This document shows positions 12,880 through 24,388 of a stretch of 64,000 nucleotides of DNA, in pieces (position 1 is the first letter of the stretch; every line of letters starts with the position of its first letter). The notes under the pieces were generated by a model, which ran no database searches, was not told the origin of the DNA, and was given only the letters and a program-made list of their open reading frames with translations. The position numbers and the translations under genes are program-made. The stretch is taken from positions 85,376,001-85,440,000 of the forward strand of contig NW_024704743.1 in assembly GCF_018977255.1 (NCBI RefSeq), given 5' to 3'. The stretch comes from Callorhinchus milii. Its lineage: Eukaryota.

Positions 12880-13860
12880 GCACAATAGTAGCCTCGCGAC
12901 CAGGAGGTGGCGCGCAGGCGTATTCCCCCTCCCAGTGCTCGCGGCCTCCCAGGGCGCTCCCGGGCGTTCGAACGGCGCGAGGAGAGCTGCACGCCGGGAT
13001 ATGCAGTCCTCCGTGGCCACGGCGGGTGGGTCACGAGCGCCCATTCTGACTACAAGCCCCAGAGGGGCCCCGTGTGACGGGCACGGCGGTGTGAGGCGGG
13101 GCGCGGGGGGGGGGCGGGGCGGTGAACCCTCGCGATGTTTGGGTTTCGGCGCTGGGGCTGCTGTCGGCTTGTGATGTAGGAGCGGCGGCACAGCACAGCG
13201 CAGAGAGGATGTCGGGCGGTGACAGGACTTCAGCCATGGGTGAGTGTCCGCTGCCGGAGCGGCTCAGGCCGCCGTGAGTAACGTGCGTCCGCGGAGAGGA
13301 AAAACCCGAGGAGGAGGAGAAGGAGGAGAAAGAGAAGTAGCGACGGACGGAAGGGAAGCGTTGGGCAGGAGAGCGGCGGTTGGTGCCGGGCGGCGGCTCG
13401 GAGCGGGAGCGCGGGCCTTTGGCCGAGACGGCAGCCCCCGGGGGGCGGCGGCGGGGATGACTGGTGGGGGCGGCGGGTGTCCAGAGAGGAGGGCGCTCGG
13501 GGCGGGTCGATGGTTATTTTTATTTTGGGAGCCGAGTCCGCCCTCTCCTTCCCCGCGCTTCACCGTTAAGATGTCCCCCCCCCCCCTCCTCCCCCCGGTG
13601 CCGGGAACAAACCGCCGCCACTACCACACCCAGTCTGGGGGGGGGGGGGCGGAGGGGAGGGGCGCCGGTACAGCGGGGAGGGGAGGGGCGGGGAGGGGAG
13701 CGGGGGCGCCGGAGCCATTTTATGTATTAGTGATCGCGGCCCTCACCGCGCGGGAGCCCCGACCCCCGGGCTCACAACGTGTCAGCGGCGGCGGATCCAC
13801 TCTCTCCCACACACACCACACACACCACACAGCGTCCAAACCGTTCAGCGGCGCAGTCTG
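12880..13860. promoter_or_regulatory. CpG-island promoter / first-exon region of septin-7
   Basis: Abrupt GC- and CpG-rich segment in otherwise AT-rich, CpG-poor DNA. It contains GC boxes (GAGGCGGGGC 13093-13102, GGGGCGGGGC 13111-13120), a ZNF143/THAP11-like ACTACAAGCCCCAGAG (13049-13064) and an NRF1-like GCGCAGGCGTA (12912-12922), and it encloses coding exon 1. Confidence 0.9.
13209..13239 (+). CDS. SEPTIN7: Septin-7 coding exon 1 (MSGGDRTSAM + 1 nt)
   Basis: ATG TCG GGC GGT GAC AGG ACT TCA GCC ATG G is followed by a canonical donor GTGAGT at 13240 (phase 1). It lies in the CpG island, and the MS...M N-terminus resembles mammalian SEPT7 (MSVSARS...STM). Confidence 0.85.
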
Positions 13861-13867
13861 ATCAACA

Positions 13868-15112
13868 ATCCCCCCCACACCCCCCCATCCTCTCCCCCAC
13901 ACCCCCCATCCTCTCCCCACACCCCCATCCTCTCCCCCCACACCCCCATCCTCTCCCCCCTCACACCCCCATCCTCTCCCCCCCACACCCCCATCCTCTC
14001 CCCCCCCTCACACCCCCCATCCTCTCCCCCCCACACCCCCATCCTCTCCCCCCCCACCCCCCATCCTCTCCCCCCCACCCCCATCCTCTCCCCCCCCCAC
14101 ACCCCCCATCCTCTCCCCCCCACACCCCCCATCCTCTCCCCCCCCACACCCCCCATCCTCTCCCCCCCCCACACCCCCCATCCTCTCCCCCCCCTCACAC
14201 CCCCCATCCTCTCCCCCCCCCACCCCCCCCCCCACACCCCCCATCCTCTCTCCCCCCCCTCACACCCCCCATCCTCTCCCCCCCACACCCCCATCCTCTC
14301 CCCCCCCACACCCCCATCCTCTCCCCCCCCCACACCCCCATCCTCTCCCCCCCCACACCCCCCCCTCTCCCCACACCCCCATCTCCTCTCCCCCCCTCAC
14401 CCCCATCTCCTCTCCCCCCCTCACCCCCATCTCTCTCCCCCCCTCACCCCCCATCTCCTCCCCCCCCTCACCCCCATCTCCTCCCCCCCCTCACCCCCCA
14501 TCTCCTCCCCCCCTCACCCCCCATCTCCTCCCCCCCCCCTCACCCCCATCTCCTCCCCCCCCTCACCCCCCATCTCCTCCCCCCCCCTCACCCCCCATCT
14601 CCTCCCCCTCACCCCCCATTCTCCTCCCCCCCCCTCACACCCCATCTCCTCCCCCCCCCCTCATCTCACCCCCATCTCCTCACACCCCCATCTCCTCCCC
14701 CCCCCTCACCCCCCATCTCCTCTCCCCCCCACCCCCCACTCCTCTCCCCCCCACCCTCCCCCATCCTCTCCCCCCCCACCCCCCATCTCCCCCCCCACCC
14801 CCATCCTCCCCCCCCCACCCCCCATCCTCTCCCCCACACCCCCCATCCTCTCCCCACACACCCCCATCCTCTCTCCCCCCCACCCCCATCCTCTCCTCTT
14901 CTCCCCCCCCATCCTCCGCCCCCCCACTCTCCTCCTCTCCCCCCAATCCCTCTCCCCCCCCATCTCTCTCCCCCCCCCCCATCCTCTCTCCCCCCCCATC
15001 CTCCCCATCCTCCCCCCTCCTCCCCCGCCCCCATCCTCCCCCCCATCTCTCTCCCCCCCCCCATCCTCTCTCCCCCGCCCCCCCATCCTCTCTCCCCCCC
15101 CCATCCTCTCTC
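13868..15112. repeat. C-rich minisatellite / low-complexity array (units like CCCCATCCTCTCCCCCCCCACA and CCCCATCTCCTCCCCCCCCTCA)
   Basis: Tandem ~17-24 nt units with variable C-run lengths. No G was seen on the + strand from 13861 to 14917. Confidence 0.95.
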
Positions 15113-16119
15113 CCGCTTTTACAACTTTTACAGAGATGTAAAAACCACAATTAATAAATGAAGCAAATCACATGATTTCCCTTCAGTTTACCCACTTAGA
15201 AAAACAACCAACGTCCCTTCAAGTCTTATTTTCTTTTGTGGCCTAGGAGGGTTACAGCTTTTTTTGCACAAAGATCTTAGTGCTTATGGTGATCACCAGT
15301 AAAGCAGTCAGTAAAGAAAAATCTTGAATTGGCAATTTTTTTTATGATTAGTAATTTGGTTGAGTCTACTAATTCTTCTGATTTTAAAATAACTGGATTT
15401 TCATAATCTGTTTTATAGTTCATCATCAAAGTACCCGGATGTACTTATCATTTGCTTCCAACACTTCTGCATTGTTGAAAAATAATTACCCTTGGTGTTC
15501 ACTAATTTGTTTTGATATTACTCACATGATGAAGGCATGGGGTTCACTTCCACATGTATGTGGTTGACCTCTAATTTTATCTGTCAATAGCCTTGATTCC
15601 ATGATCAATGTGGTTCTGACTGATTACATGTCAGTCTTTGATGAATTCTAACTTTCTACAGTTAAGTATCGATGAGACTGAGGCTTTCCTGCTTGGCTCC
15701 TGTCAGTCCGCTCCTCACCTCAGGTGCTGACAACAGTGGCCTGCATAGATGCTCACTCGAACTCAATGAGCTGGTGTGTAACCTCAGTGTTTTGTTCATC
15801 TATCTACTGTCCTTCACATCCTACACCCTTGTTCTTACGCACTTAGCTTTCCCTTCTTCAGCATTGCCTGTCACCCACAACTTTCACTCCGTTAGGTGAC
15901 AAAACCTATCACCCTCATACTCTTGGTTCCACTTGCTCTCCATCCCCCAGAGGATCAAATTAAAAATTGTCGTGCTCACTTTCAAATGCCTTCAAGTCCT
16001 CACTACATTCTACTTCTGCGACCTCCTGTAATACATCTGCCTGGCTACTCTGCTCAGAAACTCGCCTGCTTCATTTCATACTTCCCTCCTCCACACCCCC
16101 ACCCCCTTTGCTCTTCCAT

Positions 16120-16335
16120 AAGGAGAGCCTTGGTTCTTGCCAGCCAGTGCCTCATCCAAAACTCTCTGGAATTAGGTAAGCAGGATGCATCCCTCCAGGG
16201 AAAGAGTGTGCATTCCATTCCAAAGTGCGCAAATTTCTACGTGCAGATGGGATGCATGGAACTCTGGTTTGGATACTCTTTTAAGTATAGTGATGGGATT
16301 TCTGTATGTATCAAACACTCTGCTGACCAAAGGAA
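16120..16335 (+). mobile_element. Unclassified A-tailed repeat, 5'-truncated copy
   Basis: Same core as 11910-12086. Confidence 0.75.
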
Positions 16336-17099
16336 ATTAGTCGATAAGCTTTTTAGCAGTCTGCACCCACTCTCTGGAACTCCATTCCTCAGTCTCGTAC
16401 ACTGCAATTTTTCCAAACGGGGAAGAAATAATTGGTCAGTGGAAGTCGACAGGATAGTTGTAACTACATCTTAGAATTCAAAAGATTTGTCAGATTTACA
16501 TATGCATCTTTATAATTCAGGATGCAACCCCATTTTGGGCAGTTGCTATGTATTGTGCAGAATGCCTGTTAAATTGATGCTGCTTGCAATGAATGCTCGA
16601 TTTTGCCAGGCAGATTAGTACGGGCCCAGAGGGAGTATTGACGACTGAACTGCTTCCAATAACATTGCTTGTTCATTGTGCTGTTAAACAGGAAGTTTCC
16701 AATGCTTGCCTTTTATTAACCGACTCCAAAGCCATGTGAAATATAGGAAGTATTATGTCTAATTCTTATACTTGGTTGACCACAGTTACGTGAGCTTCCT
16801 CATTTAATCTTGCGTGCCCTTCTCACCGACAAGCAAAGAGTAGGTGGTCTATTTCCGAGCTTCTAGTCTTTTGGTGTTACAGATGTTACAGACTGCCTTC
16901 GGGTGATTCTTGTTTTGAGGAAACACAGCCAGTAGTGGTACGCGTTATGTCGAGAGGAATAATAATAATAATAATTATTATGTCAAAAGGAATGTGACGT
17001 TGGTGCATATTCCTTATAGTAAAACTTTCATCCTACTCTCAAACTTTTCAGTCCTGGTATTTATCGTGAAAATCTAATCATTTACATTAGAATCTTATA

Positions 17100-17420
17100 C
17101 CAACAACTTGCATGTATATAGCGCCCTTACGTAGGTAACCTCTTGGATAGCTTAACAGTGCCATGGCTTGACACAGAGCAGGAAAGAGTGAGTTGACCAA
17201 AGACACAGTTGAAGAAAAAAGTTTTCAGGTGTGATTTGAAGACAGGCAAAGAGAGGGCAAGACTGAGGGATTAAGTTCCAGAGTAGCTTGGTGGCTGTTA
17301 GAAAGGTCACCGTTGGTGGAGCAGAGGGGATGAGGGCTATGCAGAAGTCACAAGAAAACTGAACAAAGGCAGAAGAATAGGATGTGAGCAGATCGGAGAG
17401 GTGTTAAGGCATGGAGTTAT
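17100..17420 (-). mobile_element. L2-like 3' end
   Basis: Terminus caacaacttgcatgtatatagcgccct followed by a purine-rich body. Confidence 0.65.
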
Positions 17421-18669
17421 TTAACCATATTAGAATACCTATCAACTATAGCCCAACTAAAGTCTTCTTGTATGAGTCCCAAGAATTTCCCTATGTTCTT
17501 AAATTCTATCTACATATCAAACCAAGAATTCTATTTGACTTTCTTCATCTGATAAACATGTGACAACCATTTTTGTTATCGGAACTCATGCCAACTCAGT
17601 TCACGTTGAGACTACAGAAGGTCATTTCCCTTGAATCCCTTAGTGTGGGGGTGGGGGGGGGGAAGGGAGCAAAGGAAGATGCTTCAATTTGCCAGTTTGG
17701 TAGAATTTATATGAAACTATTTCACCTGAACAGGTCCTTATCCACTGAATAATTTGTAAACCTGCTTGTGTCTGTGCATGGACCAGGTGGCTCAAAAACA
17801 TCCACTAGTCATTGATCTGAGTTTGTTTCTAAAAATGTCCCGATTTTGATTTGTAGGAATGCAATTTTTATAGTAAGGGTAACAATTCAGGTTGTGCATT
17901 GAAGTACTAAACTGCAAATTAAATGTAAAACCCATGCGTAAGCTAATTGACTTAACCTTCAGACAGAAATGTCTTAATACTTTGATGACATTGGAGGAGA
18001 TTGAGTCTGTACAGTATGTTAGCTAGCCTCTGAGCAAGCTTTCTTTGTGGGAAAAAAAAGTCTTGTTCACCCAGAGCGTATATGTAGGAATGTTGGCATG
18101 ATGGTGCAGCACATGAAGTAAGGGTAATGACATTCTTGACTAAAACATTTACTCATTGTTAGTACCTTCAACTGATAATTGCATGTGAATATGGGGTACT
18201 GCAGTTTAAATCTTGCATTATTTCAGGAAAGAGCTTTGAGAATGTTTTTAAGTTACCAAAATATAAAAATGATCAGCAGTAGTTGAGATTGATTCTAAAT
18301 TAGCAAATGGTACACGTTTGACAAAACTGTAAACAGTACTCTGGATTTTTCAGGGGCATAAGCTTCCTGAAAGGTCCAAGCTATATTTGGCAGCTTTTAC
18401 TGAAGTTAAATATTTGATTTAATATGTAATTAAGTGAAATAATGAGCAAAATAATAATATGCTGCATTTTAATTATCAGCAACTATATTTTTATTGGGAA
18501 TAACATCATTTGAAACACTGAGACAAGTCATACATTGACTTGTGCAACGAGCAATTTTGACAAGTCTCTGGATGTGTCTTAACATGACTTGGAGTTTTGC
18601 CCTAATGCCATTCTTGGTTTTAGCTTTTGTATATTATTTTATATCATTTTAAAATAATAATAATTTATC

Positions 18670-18828
18670 ACTCAGACCACGACTAATTTGTGGGACATTG
18701 CTGTGCGCAATTGGCTGCTGTGTTTTGCTCACAAAATACAGTCAGTTCACTTTACAGTATATTCTGTGAAGTGCTTTGAAACATCTCAACATAATGAGGA
18801 GCTTTTTCAAATACAAGTATTATTATTG
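18670..18828 (+). mobile_element. tRNA-derived SINE 3' part
   Basis: ttgtgggacattgctgtgcgcaattggctgc...tcactttacagtatattctgtgaagtgctttg. Confidence 0.8.
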
Positions 18829-19787
18829 TGATGATGATGGGATTGTGGAAAAAGGAGGCTCCTACCAGGTAATCTACATTGGAGTGGAGTTCCCGTGGAT
18901 TGGCCTCTTGACTGTGTGTGTTACAAGTCCGGCAAATTAGACCTCAATCAACAACATCTCTTTAATTTTACTTTCTAATTTTAAGTTGAGGAAAGCCAAG
19001 TTATCAACCTTAGAGAGAAACTAACCAGTGTGAGTACATCTGGTGCATTTCAGCAAATGGTATTCTTTGGTCCTTAAGAGAATCTTTCACGCAGATATCC
19101 CAAGAAATAAGTAACAAGTAGTTTGAATGTGAACTATTTGACCTTTGACATGTTGCAAAGTATTGACTGTTTACCTTAAGAAGTGTATGCATGCTTTGCA
19201 TTTCTAAAGACTAGTACATGTGTCCTCTATGGAATTATCTTGCAATCTGCAAATTGTTTTCTAACCAATTGCATTGTACTTTGGATTCCTGCAGATACCA
19301 GTCGGCAGTCAAACATGGAGGGTTTCCTTCTAATTGTTGTATCTTCACATTTAATACACGGTGTAGTACAGCTGGACTACTTTAGAATGTGCTTCACTAG
19401 ACTATGGGTGAGGTATACTTCTGGTGTTGACTGTCCGGCTTCCTGTGCAATGCAGCGCAGGCCTTTCAGCTTCACCCTGGTCACTGTTTGTGAGCTGTGC
19501 ATATGCACAGAAACCTGGCTAGATAGTGCTGGAAATCAGCAGTAACATCAGTGATGACCTGATAGCCTGATGACCAGAGGCCCGGTCTTGCAGCCATTTT
19601 TATAATGTATCCCTTTATAACGTCTTGTCTGATTTTTTTTAAGACTAGAACTATCATGTTAAAGAGGCGTGACTGTGTACAAACAGTCAAATCTGGAAAT
19701 TCTTTGCAAAGTAAATTGAATATTTGTGTTTTTGCTTTTTAATTTTTTTCTGGGCACATGCTGCTGATCTAGAGCAGGTTATGATAA

Positions 19788-19965
19788 TCAACAACAACAA
19801 TTTACATTTATATAACCCCCCCTCATGCAGGGTAGCGTCTCTGATCGCTTGACAGTCACGGAGCCAGGGTGAGGTGACTGTAGGCACGGTCAAATAGGAA
19901 GGTCTTCAGGCGCAACCTGAAGATGGGGAATGAAGGAGCAAGGCAGAGGGATAGAGGAAGAGTGT
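19788..19965 (-). mobile_element. L2-like 3' end
   Basis: (CAA)n tail followed by tttatataacccccctcatgcagggtagcgtc, similar to 51191-51390 and 61970-62315. Confidence 0.7.
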
Positions 19966-20133
19966 TCAAGAATTTAATCACTATATCTTTACAAAGATGA
20001 TCTGGGAACTTTAGCTAAAAAGAAGGCAGGGGAGGTTGCTGAGGTCCAGTGGAAGACAGGTTACATAGCTACATGGTATTTGCATCACAAAGCTTCTGCC
20101 CTGCTATCATTGCAATTGCTTGACGTCGCTTCA

Positions 20134-20665
20134 TTTTTTTTTGGTCAACCAGGTGTCTGACACATGTGAAAATACACATGGAAATTCCAGAGATAGATCG
20201 TTAGAATGGAATGGGCACTATTTCCCTGGAGGGCTACATCCTGCTTATCTAATTCTGGAAAGTATTAGGCGCAGGTTTGCAAACGCCGAAGGCTTGGGGA
20301 TCCCAGAGTGTGCATTCGGGTACTGTTGGAGTCTAAAATTAGCTAAAACCACATAACTTGCCATTGACAGCACTAGCTGGCAACCTTTATCGCTGCTTGT
20401 CCAGCTCGGACCACCCCACCCATTAGGGCTCTGGCTTGCTGGGTTAACAGGAGCTGAATGGGAGGTTCACTGCCTCCTGTTACTGGTTTGCCTTTCTAAA
20501 TCCTGCCAATGAGCCAGGCTGGCTGTGCTGTCATCAAGGTTGCCCCGGAGTACAGCTGACTGCCTGGCTCAGGAACCGGACTACCGAGCCCCCCACAGAA
20601 GGCTGGCTCGATTCGGACATTCTGTTGCCAAACATGTCACTTTGGTATTAAAACTCTGATTTAGA
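20134..20665 (-). mobile_element. Unclassified ~550-bp A-tailed repeat (near full copy)
   Basis: A T-run precedes ggtcaaccaggtgtctgacac, and the element is colinear with 11222-11760. Confidence 0.8.
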
Positions 20666-21159
20666 TTAATTATGAGCAAGTAGAAAAGTGCACAGTCATT
20701 TTTATTTGCATTTCATAATTACTCTTAGGTCAGATATTGCACAGACCAGCTGCAGAGTAAACCATCCTCTATTCTACCCTAACAATTTGACTTGGCACCA
20801 ATCTCTGAAGAGCATCCCTACTGATTCAATGTTACTTTATTCAGTTTTGCACCCAGATGTCCTCAAGCCTTTGAGGTTGTCAATTTAGTGCAAAATTTGA
20901 ATCTGTTGTGTAGAGTCAATATCAGCTAAGAGTTGGGGGAGCATATCCAAAGTATTTTAATGTAGGACCCTTGCAATTAGTAAAAAGCAGACGTGTATCA
21001 CATCAATCTGGGCTGGATTAATATTAGGATGCCAAATTAATCCCTCTGTATGTTTTCACCCACTCATTGCATCATACCACTTGTCTGCAGTTTAATTTCC
21101 GAGTGCAACTATTTTGTGAAGTTTGTGATACAAATTCTGTAGAATTCTGTCAGGTTCGA

Positions 21160-21375
21160 TCCACAACTTTCCTTTCTCCCCCACATACATTCCCTGACCT
21201 GGACTGCTCTTTTCCACCACCGCCACATTAATCGCCTCCATCCGTACCCTCATCCACGCCTTTGTCACTTTCCGGCTGGACTTTTCAAATGCCCTCCTCG
21301 CTGGTCTCCCCAATTAATTCAGAACTCTGCTGCCTGGATACTAACCTGGTAAAACTCCGTACACCCCATCAGTGG
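21160..21375 (+). mobile_element. L2-like LINE fragment
   Basis: accctcatccacgcctttgtcactttccggctggacttttcaaatgccctcctcgctggtctcccc encodes TLIHAFVT.RLD.SNALLAGLP. Confidence 0.75.
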
Positions 21376-22454
21376 TCTGTTTTTAAGGGTAAAGCTATGA
21401 ACAGCATTGACGAATGCTGTGAATTCTAATTTGGTGGGGAGGAGAAAGTAGAGCTCTGTTTGCCAGCCTCGGACTTCTGCTGAGAATTTTAGAAGAGTTG
21501 TCACTATTCCAACATTACAAACTTGAGTGATGCAGTGGATCTGGCCTCTTTTTAAACTTCGGTTTGAAAGATTAGGAATTTGGCTTTACTCCTGTGTGAG
21601 CTTGAAGTGTGAGACTACTACCTTGTGGTCAGCTTGTGCTAAATTCCTAAACTAATTCTTATTTGTCTGGCTTTAATAAAACATTATTATACTTGCATTT
21701 AAATTGAAGCAGTTTGAGTTGAGATTAAAGGAAGTTAATATTTTAAGTGATTCATAATGTGGTTTGGTAAGAAGTATAAACTTGATTAGATGCGATCCAG
21801 TACCAAATTCTACAAGATTTGGCATTGTGTTGATGGTGACACCATGACTTGCCTCTGGCTCACTGAGTGGGAAGAAATACCATCAAATCTATATCCAATT
21901 TCCATTCTTTGTTCTTAAATTTTCAATTTTGTATTTATAATAGATTTAAGATTCATCATATGTTAAATGTTCTCATTTGTAACTTTATTAGTTCTCGTCT
22001 TTATTTTTACATTGAGGAATTTATGCTTCAAAAGGCCACTACAGTGATAGATGGCTCTCCCAACTAGTGAGCTGGAATTTATCCAATGTTAACCAGCATT
22101 CAAATTCTGTTAGCCTTTTTGGATGACTTTTCTAATGATTCAGCAAAGTTCAGGTTGGAGCTTTGGCTCTTAACTGTTTTTGAATGCCAGGTTCGCAAGA
22201 TTAAAAAATATTGCAGTACACCGACAGTTTATTTGATTTAGCCAATCCAACGTAGTTTCCATGATGAGTGATTGAAGTAATTGTAATGAGCTTTGTGGCC
22301 CAGTCATCCCCGTCACAAGCTGAAACAGGAAATGCATCAATTTGGAAATGTAGAAGTGGCACGTAGTTTGAAAGAGGATAGGCTAACCATTGAAATACAT
22401 GCTAACAACCATAGATATGATGATAAATGAGATTTTTGTTACATTTATTCCTCA

Positions 22455-22828
22455 CACTCGTGTTCAAATCCTTTCACTTTCTGGTACCTCCCTACCTCTC
22501 CAACCTTCTCACTCCCAGTCTACCACCCTGTGCCTCCGCTCGACTGGCACCGACCTCCTGCACCTCTCGCACCCTCCGCTCCACCATCAGAGGTCGGGCT
22601 TTCAACCACTACGCCCCAAAACTCTGGAACAATCCCTCAATTCCTCCGCTTTGCCCCCTCTCCCCTTTTTCAAGTCCTTACTGAACAAACCTTCCTTTTC
22701 GACTGTGCTTACGGTAACCTCCGCCCCCCCCCCCCCCCCACGGCTTAGAATCAGGCTCTGCCATTATTAGGTGCTCTGAGATGCTACCCTGTGTGGAGGA
22801 CGCTACATAAGTGCAAGTTTTTATTATT
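22455..22828 (+). mobile_element. L2-like LINE 3' end
   Basis: GRAFNHYAPKLWN-type C-terminus and terminus gacgctacataagtgcaagtttttattatt. Confidence 0.8.
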
Positions 22829-23144
22829 TGTAATGACCGTTTTAAATAGTAATAAGGGGTAAGGGTGATCTTAAAGAAGTCTTGGGGTGAATTTTGAAAA
22901 TGGGGATGGTAGTCAAGGAGGAGAGAGATTCTCAGACCAGCTGAAGCTCATCCACCGAATGAGGAGTGGATCAAGTGGAGAAATGTCAGAATCTCTGTGG
23001 CTGTCTCTAGTCTGGTTCCTGAGCCAGGTGTGTCCTCAGTAGTCCAGGGCACTGCTGACAGCACAACCTAACCTAACATCACTGAGACAAATCTTGTACC
23101 TAAGTTATAATTATAAATTATATTATAATCTCAATAAAAAATAA

Positions 23145-23318
23145 ATAAAATTGGTCGCTTCAATCCACGACTGTTTGTGGGACCCTGCTGTGTGCAATTG
23201 GCTGCCGCATTCCGCCCACAAATATACAGTCAATTCACTTTACAGTATATTCTGAGAAGCGCTTTGAGACGTCTAGAAGACGTGAAAAGTGCTATATCAA
23301 ATGCAAGGATTATTATTA
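23145..23318 (+). mobile_element. tRNA-derived SINE 3' part
   Basis: Highly similar to 25835-26004. Confidence 0.85.
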
Positions 23319-23994
23319 AGATATGAAGCAGGCTGGTGTTTGTTGAGCAGGTGAGCAACCAAGGCAGAACAAAGGTTGGGACAAGATTTGGAAGTGAGAA
23401 TGGATAATCGATTGAACTTTGTTTGAATGCTCTATTTGTACTCGCATCTAGTAGTATAACCTTAGCATAAAATTACAAAGAAAAGTAACCAAATCACTGA
23501 AGGAAAAAGCAAATTGTGGAATATAGTACAAGTTTCCATTGTCAAGGCAGAAGTTTTGAAAAACATTATACATGATGCAGCACTCCAGAGTGCATACATT
23601 TATTTCAACTTTTTAAAATAATTTTGGCAAATTTATTGACTTATAAATTTCTTAGTTATCTTGGCACAGTTCATAAACACAAAAAGTCAACAACAGCAAG
23701 TAATCAGTTGTTATACCACCTGATGGTCTGCGTGTAAATTCTAACAATCCCGTTAGCCTTTTTGGATGATGGTCCTCACAGAGAATGTGGGGGACACTAC
23801 CTCTAGTTTTGTTTATTGGTGTACTGATGTCCAGAGGTCTGAAGCATCTTTTTGAATTATTTTGTGAACTTTCATTTAATTTGTGATTTTTTTCACGTAA
23901 AAACACTGTAGGGAGAGGAAGCAGTGAGATGGAGTTAACCTGTTTCCATGTATCAACATCGTTAACATTAACAAGCTAATGTTTTAAAAAAAAG

Positions 23995-24200
23995 TTTCTC
24001 CTGGTTATCCTGGCCACAAATCGTCCAAATAAACTTGGTCTTTCACTTCATGCCTGTTTGTGAGACATTGTTGTGTGCAAATTGGGTGTCAGGTTATCTA
24101 CAAACATACAATCACTACACTTTACATTGATTCCTATGAAGTGTTTTGAGGCATCCTGTTGACATGAAAGGCACTATGTAAAATGCAAGGATTTTTATTA
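23995..24200 (+). mobile_element. Deu-type SINE 3' part
   Basis: tcctggcca...tgtttgtgagacattgttgtgtgcaaattgg...gaaaggcactatgtaaaatgcaagg. Confidence 0.65.
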
Positions 24201-24386
24201 TAAAGATGACTGGTTCACTTTGTTGAATGAATTTGTTTTATTTGTGATCAATTATGACTTCTAATTTTTCTATTATCTTTTACATATTCCACTGGATGAC
24301 CCTTACGCTACTCCATCTTGGTTGGACTATTCTCTTGTGGATCTGCTTCATTGATCTCTGAAATGCTGGATTATTGGGCTATACAG

Positions 24387-24388
24387 CT
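24387..24388 (+). CDS. SEPTIN7: Septin-7 predicted 2-nt microexon (CT), completing an Ala codon
   Basis: The context is atacag|CT|gtaagt. Exon 1 ends in phase 1 and the next exon starts in phase 0, so 2 (mod 3) nt are required. G+CT = GCT gives M-A-Q-Q-K. A long AG-free zone precedes it. Confidence 0.8.

Noticed and set aside
13274..13279. Alternative exon-1 donor GCC|GTGAGT
   Set aside because: It gives a 65-nt coding exon that is out of frame with exon 3 with or without the microexon, and nothing else supports it.
12628..13861. Several 90-205 aa ORFs over the CpG island
   Set aside because: Expected from high GC content. No recognisable domain, and only 13209-13239 has splice and homology support.
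13779..15161. 460-aa Pro/His-rich ORF and the Gly-rich minus-strand ORFs
   Set aside because: These are translations of the C-rich minisatellite, which is open only because it lacks stop codons. They lie in intron 1 with no coding signature.
19495..19510. Perfect 16-bp palindrome ctgtgcatatgcacag
   Set aside because: About one 8+8 palindrome is expected by chance in 64 kb, and there is no further support.
24363..24388. Alternative first coding exon ATG CTG GAT TAT TGG GCT ATA CAG CT using the microexon donor
   Set aside because: 26 nt (phase 2) is out of frame with exon 3, and there are no promoter features nearby.
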